This document shows, one piece after another, positions 10,018 through 19,686 of a DNA stretch of 33,395 bases; the stretch's first letter is position 1, and every line of letters begins with the position of its first letter. Under the pieces are notes generated by a model, which saw only the letters and a list, made by a program, of their open reading frames with translations, was not told where the DNA came from and did no database searches. Position numbers and translations under genes: made by a program. The stretch spans positions 1 through 33,395 of the forward strand of contig CAZSWP010000039.1 of the NCBI GenBank assembly GCA_964610875.1, written 5' to 3'. Origin of the DNA: an uncultured archaeon (GTDB lineage: Archaea > Asgardarchaeota > Thorarchaeia > Thorarchaeales > Thorarchaeaceae).

Positions 10018-10413
10018 CTAGAATCTTCTTGAACTGCTATTGTGAACTTCAGCTGACATATCAACTTCTGTCTTCACTTCATCTATCGATTCTTCAGCAG
10101 TAGCAATAGAACCATACTTTCCTAATTGAAGTCTTAGATTATTCCTGAAGAGACCTGTGTATCCATTTGTAAGGATGTAGGTTTCGCCTTCTTTTATGGA
10201 TTCGATAGTTTCGTTCCAAATAGGCATTATGACAGTTGCTGTGGAATCGCCAACTACTGCATCCACTACACGGTATGTTTCATCATCCTTTCTTGATTTC
10301 ACTTCTCTTTCTTCACTGGTGCTTATGACCTTGAAGGTAACTTTGACACTTTTCATTCCGGGTTTAAGCTCATCAATTGTAGCCTCGATGGGCTCAGATT
10401 TATTATCAATCAT
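10018..10413 (-). CDS. Single OB-fold ssDNA-binding protein (SSB/RPA-like)
   Basis: IDELKPGMKSV.VTFKV, VGDSTA, IWNE, NGYTGLFRNNLRLQLGKYG. Confidence 0.9.
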   Translation of the reverse strand: MIDNKSEPIEATIDELKPGMKSVKVTFKVISTSEEREVKSRKDDETYRVVDAVVGDSTATVIMPIWNETIESIKEGETYILTNGYTGLFRNNLRLQLGKYGSIATAEESIDEVKTEVDMSAEVHNSSSRRF

Positions 10414-10731
10414 TTTTATTCTCTCGTTAATACGAATTCAGGACATTCAAAACTAAGATAATCTTCATGTGGAAGTACCAAAAGGTTGTCAATCTTCAAT
10501 AAAACCAGTTTGAAAGGTCTGCATAGTTGCTATGCCTGTACCTTACAGCTACGGGAATTTGCTTATATCAATTTACATAACACCAAACAACATCTTATTT
10601 TGCATAGTATGAAACGAAAACACTGTTTAGCAGCCCAAATGAAAAATCCTATTATTATTGGGATTATACATAGTATCCATAATTTAGCTTTTATCAATGC
10701 CAAAAATCGGCAATTCGCAGAGGCTATTAAA

Positions 10732-10983
10732 ATGAGAAGAGGCAGTCTAAAAGGATATATCGGTGAAATTACAAGAGTGGTCAAAATTCAAGGTACGAAA
10801 AAGGAATTCTTCATCAAAGGAAAGGAAGAATCGACTTATGAAGAAGTCCTTCGCAATTCTTGGCAACTTAAAGATCATGATGTCAATGGTAATTGGAGAG
10901 TTCTCTCAGCATCAGGTGATGACCTGACAAAAAGCAAGCTTTCCAGCTATGAAGGTACTGTCTTGCTTGAGTTCATTGAGTAA
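10732..10983 (+). CDS. Small protein, possible ubiquitin-like beta-grasp fold
   Basis: 83 aa from ATG 10732. Spacing resembles ubiquitin (ESTYEEVL; RVLSASGDDL..SKLSSY; TVLLEF). No C-terminal GG. Confidence 0.55.
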   Translation: MRRGSLKGYIGEITRVVKIQGTKKEFFIKGKEESTYEEVLRNSWQLKDHDVNGNWRVLSASGDDLTKSKLSSYEGTVLLEFIE

Positions 10984-11066
10984 GGGCCGTGAAAAGCAAG
11001 TCGAATCAATTTTGATAAATTGTAAAAGTTCTACAACCTGTAATCAGGAAATATACGATTAGAATT

Positions 11067-12323
11067 TCACTCCTTCCGGTAATACGCTAAAATGACCAGC
11101 GAAATTGTCCCAACTATAATTATTGTTAGTAAAATCGAGCAATCAGAATCATCCCAATCCTCTGAAAAATCAAAAGCTGAAATAGCCTCATTCCAAAATG
11201 GAGCATTCTCATCTCCAGAGAGAGTTGTAATCAGTACATCGTCATTGTTGTTCGGTTCTCCAAATTCAAAAATACTAAATCCGGTGATACTGTGCTCTCT
11301 CCCATACTGGATCTTCTTGACAATCTCTTCTGCTACCTGCTGTTCGGTCCAATCTTCATCCTCCCATACTCCCGAGTACCATCCCACTCCCATGAAGACT
11401 CGGTCAACAACATCATTGGGAAATGTGTTCCAGATATCCACTTCTCCTTTCCACCAGCTCGTTTCGTAGCAATATTCCATCGAGATGTGGAAATCCAAAC
11501 CCATGTCGGACAACCACATTACTGGATCTTGCTGAACACCAAAACATGTTGGATATCCGTTATAGTCGTAACCTTCCTTTGCCCACCGATTGATGGGATT
11601 GGCTTCAAATTCCTCAAACCATTCATTGTACCATTCAGGTAATTCATCTTGAGGTGTCCGAATTTCTCCTGAGAGCGGCCAACCTGCGGTGGTAAGGAAT
11701 TTATCTGGTACTTGAGAATTCATTCTAGCTTTCGTTTCTCTAATGAGCTCGCTGATTGCATCCATCTTTGTTTCATTGACAGGTTCTAGCTCCTCTGTAC
11801 GAAGATAATCGAAATGGATTCCATCCAATTGAGGATAGGTGTTCAATAGAGAAATTGCCCAATCGACCTGCTCTGAACGTTCAGTATCATTAGTGAAGTC
11901 AGCGATGTGTCCTACTCGTCTGTATAGATTAGCCACCCAAACATGCACACTCACTCCAACTTTATTCAGTGCATCAAGTGTTATTGCGAAGTCATCTTTG
12001 CCGGACCAACCTTTGTTATCTTCAATTGGTGGGGCAATAAGGAAGACTGTGTTCAGATTGGCTGCTTGCATCTTAGATATTGTGGCATTTCTTGCAGCAA
12101 TGCTATTGAAAGCGTAGTCATTAAGCCATACTGCACGTGTTTCTACTAGTAAACCTGAATCTTCCATTGAAATCATGTTAGAGAAAAAGCATCCTTGGTT
12201 GAGAAAAAGTACTAGTATAATGAAGTGTGTCATCAACTTGCTCTGAAAGGCTGAATTTCTGATCTCCATTGTTGTTATACTAACAATGATTCGAATTAAA
12301 AATCCTAGTCTCATAGTGCACAA
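11067..12323 (-). CDS. Membrane-anchored glycoside hydrolase-like family 10 (GHL10/YddW-like) protein
   Basis: ETRAVWL, ANLNTVF, VHVWV, LDGIHFDYLR; C-terminal TM. The true start is probably downstream of 12323. Confidence 0.82.
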   Translation of the reverse strand: MCTMRLGFLIRIIVSITTMEIRNSAFQSKLMTHFIILVLFLNQGCFFSNMISMEDSGLLVETRAVWLNDYAFNSIAARNATISKMQAANLNTVFLIAPPIEDNKGWSGKDDFAITLDALNKVGVSVHVWVANLYRRVGHIADFTNDTERSEQVDWAISLLNTYPQLDGIHFDYLRTEELEPVNETKMDAISELIRETKARMNSQVPDKFLTTAGWPLSGEIRTPQDELPEWYNEWFEEFEANPINRWAKEGYDYNGYPTCFGVQQDPVMWLSDMGLDFHISMEYCYETSWWKGEVDIWNTFPNDVVDRVFMGVGWYSGVWEDEDWTEQQVAEEIVKKIQYGREHSITGFSIFEFGEPNNNDDVLITTLSGDENAPFWNEAISAFDFSEDWDDSDCSILLTIIIVGTISLVILAYYRKE

Positions 12324-12355
12324 AAAAGAATTGGGTGTTGTTTAGCTGCCTAATC

Positions 12356-12715
12356 TCATCTAAGGTGTTTATTGTCAATATACCTACCTGCATGAGGTAC
12401 CGCAAAAACAAACACAATGATATACCAAATCAATACGATCACTGCAACTGCAATCCATGAGGGATTGCCTGGGTCTACAACTCCAATACACGCTTCCAAA
12501 GTGTATTGTCCAAACAACAAAATCAGAATGGGAAGTAAAATGAAAATAACTAGAATCACTGTCTTCATCAATAGTTTTCTGAATACATCTATATTCATCT
12601 TGACGGTGTATTCTGAATTATCGTCATTCACTTCAAAGACCCCCATATCTGATTGCGAACCTGTCTTCAGAGTCAGAAAGAATTGTTTTAGGGACAAGAT
12701 GAAATTTCCGGGCAT
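12356..12715 (-). CDS. Small two-TM membrane protein
   Basis: Two hydrophobic helices; divergent from the 12789 precursor gene. Start uncertain. Confidence 0.6.
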   Translation of the reverse strand: MPGNFILSLKQFFLTLKTGSQSDMGVFEVNDDNSEYTVKMNIDVFRKLLMKTVILVIFILLPILILLFGQYTLEACIGVVDPGNPSWIAVAVIVLIWYIIVFVFAVPHAGRYIDNKHLR

Positions 12716-12788
12716 AAAATTTATTTATGCATCTAAAAATGGAAAATCAGACAAAATGTAGTTTTGTCTAGTGGATTGTGATTGGGGA

Positions 12789-13787
12789 ATGTATAAACAG
12801 TCTAAAATGAAAATATTGGTTCTCTACATAGTTCTTCCATTGATATTATTTACAATTGCACAGCCTGCAATGGCATTGATGCAAAATAACAATGATGAAA
12901 TAGAACACGCCAACATAATGACTTTAGCAAAAGTTGGACTAATGAGTAGAAGTTCAAGTGCAGATTACTACGATGTTTATCTTGGTGCCAAGGACGCATT
13001 TGATACCTACAACGATTTCTATGGTGATCATAGTAGCTCTCTAAATATGCCAATTGAAATAAAAAGTGCCGTTGGTAGTTTAGCTACAATATCAAAATTG
13101 AAATCCTATCTTAGTACTACTGATAGAGTACATATCAGTAGTCATGGCGAATGGAGTAGTTATGGACCTATAATTGATATGTACGGAAATGAGTTGACAG
13201 TCACTAATGTCAACTACTGGACCGCAATAAACAGCAACTGCTATGTGGTATTCCTTTCCACATGTTATTCATTAGGTCGTGGAGATGGTGATGTAAGCAC
13301 AGTATTGGCAAACGCAATCAAACAAAAGACATCTGTACGATTGGTGCTGGGATACTCTGGAGAAGTCGAACTCAGTGCTGCTGTATTTTTAGCAATGAAT
13401 TTCTGGTGGGAACACATTGCAGGATTGCGAGTTACAGGGAGTTATGGTGGGCGTAGCGGCGAATCGTCGTTTAGCAGAGCCAGATATTTGCTGACCAAAG
13501 CTATCGATGATCTTGAAGATAGTTTTGGTGTAGGAGCAAGTGTACTTGGTGGTTTGATTGGCGGTTGGATATTCGGTCCTCTTGGAGGCATTGCTGGCGC
13601 TGTGTTTGGTGAATTATTAGGAGACATTCTTGGTAATGCCATGAGTGAAGCAGCGTTTGGTGAATGGATACAAGCTTGGGAAGATGCATATGATGCTTTT
13701 AGAAAAGTAGATGATGGCGAGTATGTTCCAAGTTTGACGCCTGTATATTCGGGTGGCGGGAAAAACTACGTTGTCACAATAGATTAA
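12789..13787 (+). CDS. Secreted caspase/CHAT-fold protein with C-terminal glycine zipper
   Basis: Signal peptide; VHISSHG and VFLSTCYS His/Cys dyad; LVLGYSGEV; tail GVGASVLGGLIGGWIFGPLGGIAGAVFGELLG. Confidence 0.75.
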   Translation: MYKQSKMKILVLYIVLPLILFTIAQPAMALMQNNNDEIEHANIMTLAKVGLMSRSSSADYYDVYLGAKDAFDTYNDFYGDHSSSLNMPIEIKSAVGSLATISKLKSYLSTTDRVHISSHGEWSSYGPIIDMYGNELTVTNVNYWTAINSNCYVVFLSTCYSLGRGDGDVSTVLANAIKQKTSVRLVLGYSGEVELSAAVFLAMNFWWEHIAGLRVTGSYGGRSGESSFSRARYLLTKAIDDLEDSFGVGASVLGGLIGGWIFGPLGGIAGAVFGELLGDILGNAMSEAAFGEWIQAWEDAYDAFRKVDDGEYVPSLTPVYSGGGKNYVVTID

Positions 13788-13812
13788 GGGGGAACTAATC
13801 CCCCTCTTTTTT
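13787..13812 (+). terminator. Hairpin plus U-tract after the precursor gene
   Basis: AGGGGGA-actaa-TCCCCCT followed by CTTTTTT. Confidence 0.75.
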
Positions 13813-13828
13813 CTTGAGGTCGAAAGTC

Positions 13829-15157
13829 ATGATACAAAAAAGGATTATTGTTCTCTCGCTAATAATTCTATTATCAATCACAAGTATCAATACATCCTTT
13901 GAAGTATCATCTCTATCCACAATGCTTGATATTAGTACCGAATTCAGTCAATCTCTGCATACTATTACAAGAAAACAAGCTTTGCTAGATTATTTAGACG
14001 CTTTGTATATACCTGAAGAAGGGGCATTCTATGGCTATCTGAAAGATTGGCCCACAGACATTAGAATTGAGTCATGTCATTCAATATTCGACGTTTATTA
14101 CCCTTTTCAGATTTTTTCATATCTTGACCATGAAGATGTGTTTGATTGGAGTAACTCTACAAGTTTCTTGCTTGGTCTGACTAACGATGAAATTGTTCAT
14201 GATATATACGGTCCAATAAATGCCTCCGTAGTTACACCATGTTCAGTAATTACAAGTAGAGTGGCTGTAGAATTATTTTCTGAATTATATATTGATGATG
14301 AACTTGACATCACAGCGATTAAGGGGTTTGTCAGAGATTGTCAAGGCTCATCGGGTGGTTTCACATTAGGTATTTGGGATGAAACTGAGGAGGATTTGAT
14401 ATCCACACAATGTGGACTTTATACAATGAGATATCTAGAGTCCATTAATCAAATTGATGTAGAATCATCTTTGAATTTTATACTCTCCTGTTATTCTGAT
14501 GGAGGATTTTCTTATACTCCAGATAGTGACGTTGATATTTCCGCAACTCCGCTTGGTCTTCTTTCTCTGATTTACTTGGACAAACTTGAACAAATCGATA
14601 TTGATGATACTGTATCATTTGTATTTTCAAATTTCAATAATGAATCAGGATTTTTTCCAGATGGGACACTGGTAGATACTGAAAGAATTGTATGGTCATT
14701 ATATTTGTTAGATGCATTAGATGCATTGAATAAGGCGGCAGTAATAGAATGGGTTCTCTCTTGTCAATCTGTTTCTCACGGTGCGTTTTTGCCTTATCCT
14801 GGTGCTGACTCCATTGATGAGAGATTAGAATGGACTAGGGCTGCTCTTCATATTCTTTATTTTCTCGATGAAATGGATGTTTTAGATGATGAGTTTACTG
14901 TTCTTGAATATCCCCAACATACTATTCCAGAGGGTTACTATGATTTTATCGAAGAAAATATTGGAACAAGTACTATACCAAATGTGCCATGGAATCCATT
15001 ACCTCGCATAGATATTCTTAGTGTCATTTCCAATTTTGCTCCCACACTCACAATAATCGGTATAATTCTTCTACCAATTGGCTACATCTACTATTCTGAC
15101 CGAAAAAAACGAGAACAAAGAATACTAGAGAAAAAAAGAAGGAAGAAACGGCTATGA
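13829..15157 (+). CDS. Secreted, membrane-anchored prenyltransferase/squalene-cyclase (PFTB) repeat protein
   Basis: Repeats FVRDCQGSSGGF, FILSCYSDGGF, WVLSCQ...GAF; N-terminal signal; C-terminal TM and K/R-rich tail. Confidence 0.85.
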   Translation: MIQKRIIVLSLIILLSITSINTSFEVSSLSTMLDISTEFSQSLHTITRKQALLDYLDALYIPEEGAFYGYLKDWPTDIRIESCHSIFDVYYPFQIFSYLDHEDVFDWSNSTSFLLGLTNDEIVHDIYGPINASVVTPCSVITSRVAVELFSELYIDDELDITAIKGFVRDCQGSSGGFTLGIWDETEEDLISTQCGLYTMRYLESINQIDVESSLNFILSCYSDGGFSYTPDSDVDISATPLGLLSLIYLDKLEQIDIDDTVSFVFSNFNNESGFFPDGTLVDTERIVWSLYLLDALDALNKAAVIEWVLSCQSVSHGAFLPYPGADSIDERLEWTRAALHILYFLDEMDVLDDEFTVLEYPQHTIPEGYYDFIEENIGTSTIPNVPWNPLPRIDILSVISNFAPTLTIIGIILLPIGYIYYSDRKKREQRILEKKRRKKRL

Positions 15158-15263
15158 GTATTTTATTGAATTATGACAAACCCTGTCATGTATTTGAAAA
15201 TCCAACGATGAATGTAAGTAGGAGTTTCTATAAACATAACCATGACAAGTGAAGGTGAAATAA

Positions 15264-15689
15264 TTGCAGATAATATTTGTCTATACTTTAGCATTTCTTG
15301 TAATCACATTGCTGCTTGTTCTAGCACCATTTTATGTTTTACAGATTGCAGAAAAAAGAACATACGCATTTAGAATTAAATTCGAAAAGGGCGAAATCCC
15401 CTTAGATTCAAATGAACTACCATTCCTTCTGAGGTTATATGGTAATTATATCGAATCGAAGAAAAACATCGCAATTCTGAATTTTGCTGGATTAATATAT
15501 ATATATTTCATCTCATACATTATTCTTGGGATACTTGGAGCTGATATCTCATATATGTATAGCATCATTTTTCTTTTTCTTATCGCAATTTCACTTCATA
15601 TCATTTTCAAACGTCCTGATGAAACTCGTGGATTAGGAATTTCATGGATGAAAGGTATTAAGAAATTGAAAGAAATGGGAAAACGGTAG
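15264..15689 (+). CDS. Small three-TM membrane protein
   Basis: TTG start after GAAGGTGA; three hydrophobic segments and a basic C-terminus. Confidence 0.7.
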   Translation: MQIIFVYTLAFLVITLLLVLAPFYVLQIAEKRTYAFRIKFEKGEIPLDSNELPFLLRLYGNYIESKKNIAILNFAGLIYIYFISYIILGILGADISYMYSIIFLFLIAISLHIIFKRPDETRGLGISWMKGIKKLKEMGKR

Positions 15690-15917
15690 ACCATAATCGC
15701 CATCACACCACTACGCAAATAATAATCCTGAAAGACAATAATCGCGCATGAATGCGATATTTTTCTAATATAATTAGTTAATCAGAAACTTATATAGGGT
15801 TAAGCTTGTACTATTCATGTCTAAGCGAGAGAGAAAGGACATCTTAGAACATCTACAAGGATGTTGCCATAGCCACCGTTCTTTGATAACATCTGTCCCG
15901 CTGAAGGAGTGTTGGCT

Positions 15918-18900
15918 ATGATAAAAAAGAGTAGTACTCAATTTTCCCTTTTGACTTTAGGGATTACTGTTTTTCTGGTTTGCTTGTTATTCTATGCGTT
16001 TCCTACCGCCATCAATTCAAACTCTACATTCTCATATGAACAGACATCATCAAATGACTGTGACAGTAATAGAGTATCATTTACCATATCATACACTCCC
16101 AGTTATTTCGCAGCCGATGATGAATATAGTACCAATGAAGACATGGTTCTTATTGTGGATGCTCCTGGCGTCCTAGAAAATGATGCTAGTATGGACAGTA
16201 CTGCTTCTCTGGGATCAGAACCAACCCATGGTACAGTAGAGCTTCAAGCTGACGGAGCTTTCACGTATTACCCCGATTCAGATTGGTATGGTATCGACTC
16301 TTTTACCTATTACTTGACTCTCGAGTCTGTGGTTGTGAGTGATGAAGCTACCGTTACAATAGAGGTTATAGCCGTAAATGATCCTCCAGTTGCTGTTGAT
16401 GATAATTATGAAGTTGGCAAGGGCTCAATATTGAATGTCGAAGCTCCTGGAGTCTTGTCAAATGACTACGATGCCGAAAACGATGCTCTCAGGTTTTACG
16501 TTGTGAAATGGCCATCAAACGGTTCAGTGGAGATATCTCGTGATGGTGGCTTTGTCTATGCGCCTGACACAGGATTCTGTGGTACTGATAATTTCACATA
16601 CCGTGTTTATGAGTCAGCTACAGAATTAGAGGGAAATATTGCCACTGTCTACATCGATGTACTGGATACAGAAGCACCAACTAGTTCGTACACCTTGGAT
16701 CGACCTCCTGATCAGAATGGCTGGTATTCATCAAGTGTCACTGTGACTCTGACTGCTAGTGACTCTTGTAGTGGTGTCGACGCAATATACTACAGTCTTG
16801 ATGATGAAACATGGCTTGAATACTCGGAGCCGTTCCCCCTCTCCGCTGAGGGTTATAATACAGTCTTCTATTATGCAATCGATATTGCTGGTAATGTTGA
16901 ATCATCTCATGTTTTTACAATAGCGCTTGACAGTGTTGCACCATCCACAACTGTCACTCTCGAAGGTGATGTTGGCACTGATTTTTGTTATCGATCAGAT
17001 GTGAGTGTGACCCTCTCCAGTTTCGACCAGCACTCAGAAACAGCTAATATCGAGTATTCTTTTGACTCTGAAACATGGTATATTTACACAGGAAAAGTCA
17101 CTCTTGAGGGAGAAGGTGAGTTCATATTTTATTATCGTGCTTATGACTTTGCAGGCAATCAAGAAGATATGCATACTCAATGGCTGTGTATTGATAAGAC
17201 ACCACCTGAAACTTCTCTAACTTCCTCAATAGTAAGTGGAGTTGGAATGGTTGTCACTCTCGATGCAACCGATACTCTGTCTGGAGTGAATTATATCAAC
17301 TATAGTTTTGATGGTACAAATTGGCTTACATATACTGAACCATTTGTCTTGGAAACAGGTCCTATTGCCACAGTATTCTTCTATGCTACAGACAATGCTG
17401 GAAATATTGAAGGAATAAAGTCTGTCACAATTGAAGTGGACGTGACACCTCCGGAAACGACTGTTAGTCTTGAGGGTTCACTCGGACTTGAGGACTGGTA
17501 CGTTTCAGATGTCAATGTGAGTTTGACTGCGATTGATGACTTTTCAGACTCTGTGACGACAGTCTATAGCTTTGATGGGAACACATGGATTGCTTATACT
17601 GGAAAAATACTGATCTCAGAAGAAGGGATAACAACTGTATACTTCAATTCTACAGACTCATTCGGCAATGTAGAATCTACAAAAAGCATTGATATTAAAA
17701 TAGACAAAACGGCTCCTGAAACCTATCTAACAATCTGTCCTGAACCTATTGGAGGCGACCCTGTCTATGTGTCTTCAACTTCTCAATTCTCTCTGGTTGC
17801 TACAGATAATCCCTCTGGTTCGGGGTTGGACAGAATTGAATATCGAATTGATTCTGGTGACTGGGTGCTATATCAGAACACTTTCTACCTGCCAGAGATT
17901 GACAGTCATATTCTCTACTACAGATCTTTCGACATTGCTGGGAACGAAGAAGTCATGAAGTCACTATCTGTAATAGTGAATGCATCTTCGTTGAGCTATA
18001 CTGGTCAAACCAGTGGTGTCTATTCCGATCCCGTTTTTCTTGAGGCTGTCCTCATAGATTTTGCAACACAACTGCCACTTGAAGGAAATATGATAACCTT
18101 CACTCTTGCTGGTAAAACAGTTTCTTCAATTACAGATTCCAATGGTGTTGCAAATGCAACAATGATCATGAACTCCCCTGAGGGTGCATATATCTTGTCG
18201 GTAGTATTCACCGGTGACTCTACTCATACCGCATCTTCAAATTCTTCTGACTTCACGGTATGGAAGGAGGATGCCATGCTACAGTATACTGGCTATACTG
18301 TTATTTCTGCAGAGCTTGAATCATTCCTCTTGAGAGCCACTGTTTTCGATGATCCGGACGGATATTTGGGTGACTTGACGAGAATCAATGTCACCTTCAC
18401 AATTTGCCTTGTGGGTACTCAACCAAGTGAAGCGATACAAGTACTAGGCCCATACGCAGTTGAGTTAACAGATATTCCTGGGATTGGAGTTGTGGCGCTA
18501 GAGGTTGCAACATTACCTGCAGGTGAATACTATGTTGTGACCAGTCTGAATGCATCTACTAATATCTACTACAAGAGTGTTGCAACTAGTCAAGATATCA
18601 TTATAGTAGATCCAACCCGTGACTTTGTAACTGGTGGTGGATGGGTCTGGGATTCAAGTGGTGGCAAAGGCATCTTTGCTTTCGTGGTCAAGTATCACAA
18701 GAAAGGTCATCTCATCGGGAATGCACTATATCTGTATCGAGAAGGTGACTGGTGGTATGGTATCAAGAGTGATAGTTGGATTGGACTAGCAATCGATGAG
18801 AATCATGCTTACTTTGAGGGTATTGGTGCAATGGGACGGGTTAATATAGAAACGGAAGAGTTCGAGTGTCTTGGACGTGAGTTTCTATTTAGAATTGATA

Positions 18901-19097
18901 TAGTGGATTCAAAGAAGGATGATCTCTTCCAGATTTGCATCTATGACGATAACGGATTAGTATTTCATAAAGCAAGTTCAGAACCGTATGTTTCTGTATT
19001 TCGTGGAAACATCCGAATACATACACACAAAGTTTGGTCACATTGTATCTGCAATAAAGGAAAGAAGAGTGGGATGAATAAATATCAGAAACCATGA
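15918..19097 (+). CDS. Large secreted Ig-repeat protein (cadherin-like/Big_9 repeats, OmpL47-like repeats, C-terminal FVTGGGW domain)
   Basis: APGVLxND...GxFxYxP...GxDxFTY twice; repeated D.TxP.T...YS.D...W..Y...DxAGNxE units; signal peptide. Confidence 0.85.
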   Translation: MIKKSSTQFSLLTLGITVFLVCLLFYAFPTAINSNSTFSYEQTSSNDCDSNRVSFTISYTPSYFAADDEYSTNEDMVLIVDAPGVLENDASMDSTASLGSEPTHGTVELQADGAFTYYPDSDWYGIDSFTYYLTLESVVVSDEATVTIEVIAVNDPPVAVDDNYEVGKGSILNVEAPGVLSNDYDAENDALRFYVVKWPSNGSVEISRDGGFVYAPDTGFCGTDNFTYRVYESATELEGNIATVYIDVLDTEAPTSSYTLDRPPDQNGWYSSSVTVTLTASDSCSGVDAIYYSLDDETWLEYSEPFPLSAEGYNTVFYYAIDIAGNVESSHVFTIALDSVAPSTTVTLEGDVGTDFCYRSDVSVTLSSFDQHSETANIEYSFDSETWYIYTGKVTLEGEGEFIFYYRAYDFAGNQEDMHTQWLCIDKTPPETSLTSSIVSGVGMVVTLDATDTLSGVNYINYSFDGTNWLTYTEPFVLETGPIATVFFYATDNAGNIEGIKSVTIEVDVTPPETTVSLEGSLGLEDWYVSDVNVSLTAIDDFSDSVTTVYSFDGNTWIAYTGKILISEEGITTVYFNSTDSFGNVESTKSIDIKIDKTAPETYLTICPEPIGGDPVYVSSTSQFSLVATDNPSGSGLDRIEYRIDSGDWVLYQNTFYLPEIDSHILYYRSFDIAGNEEVMKSLSVIVNASSLSYTGQTSGVYSDPVFLEAVLIDFATQLPLEGNMITFTLAGKTVSSITDSNGVANATMIMNSPEGAYILSVVFTGDSTHTASSNSSDFTVWKEDAMLQYTGYTVISAELESFLLRATVFDDPDGYLGDLTRINVTFTICLVGTQPSEAIQVLGPYAVELTDIPGIGVVALEVATLPAGEYYVVTSLNASTNIYYKSVATSQDIIIVDPTRDFVTGGGWVWDSSGGKGIFAFVVKYHKKGHLIGNALYLYREGDWWYGIKSDSWIGLAIDENHAYFEGIGAMGRVNIETEEFECLGREFLFRIDIVDSKKDDLFQICIYDDNGLVFHKASSEPYVSVFRGNIRIHTHKVWSHCICNKGKKSGMNKYQKP

Positions 19098-19165
19098 CAC
19101 GGATAAATGTCACAAGAATGATTGATCAGTATCTTACAATTTGATTGATTGAAAAAAATGAGATT

Positions 19166-19189
19166 TGACATCCCTATGTGAGATGTCAT
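19166..19189 (-). terminator. Hairpin terminator downstream of SSB paralog 2
   Basis: TGACATC...GATGTCA inverted repeat next to an A7 run, which is a U-tract on the minus strand. Confidence 0.55.
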
Positions 19190-19218
19190 ATTACTTTGGA
19201 TTGAAGGCGCAAATCGAA

Positions 19219-19686
19219 CTAATAACGTCTGCCGCCACTACGACTTCTGCCGCCATAGCTCCTGCTGCCACGTCGATCTCTACCACCGCCGCCATAACTA
19301 CGACGACGAGGTCTCTCATGTGTTTCAGCAGACATGTCGTTTTCAGTATCGACTTCTTCAATATCACTATCTGTATCCTTGAGTTCTCCATATCTTCCGA
19401 TATTGAGTCTTAGGTTACCTTTGAACAGACCTGTGTATCCATTCTCAAGTTGATAGGTTTCTCCAATCTCTACTTGGTCAATCTTGCCATCCCATAATGG
19501 GACTGCTACTGTACCAGTTGTATCACCGACTATTGCTTCTGCAATACGGTGTGTAGAATCATCTCGTCTTGATGTGACTTCACGTTCTTCTCCTAGTTCC
19601 ATGACCTTGAAAGTAATGGATAGGTTTTTCATTTGTGGCCTAAGTTCAGCCACTGTTGCCTCAATGGGCTCTCTTTCGTAACTCAT
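19219..19686 (-). CDS. Single OB-fold SSB/RPA-like protein with Arg/Gly-rich tail
   Basis: Paralog of 10018-10413 (VGDTTG, LWD, NGYTGLFKGNLRLNIGRYG) with tail RRSYGGGGRDRRGSRSYGGRSRSGGRRY. Confidence 0.9.
   Translation of the reverse strand: MSYEREPIEATVAELRPQMKNLSITFKVMELGEEREVTSRRDDSTHRIAEAIVGDTTGTVAVPLWDGKIDQVEIGETYQLENGYTGLFKGNLRLNIGRYGELKDTDSDIEEVDTENDMSAETHERPRRRSYGGGGRDRRGSRSYGGRSRSGGRRY

Noticed and set aside
10486-10731. N-terminal half of ORF 10486-10983
   Set aside because: AT-rich intergenic and promoter-like sequence; the protein-like part begins at ATG 10732.
15825-15912. Glycine riboswitch (GAGAGA...GCTGAAGGAG resemblance)
   Set aside because: The downstream CUCUCAGG element is missing and the gene context is unrelated.
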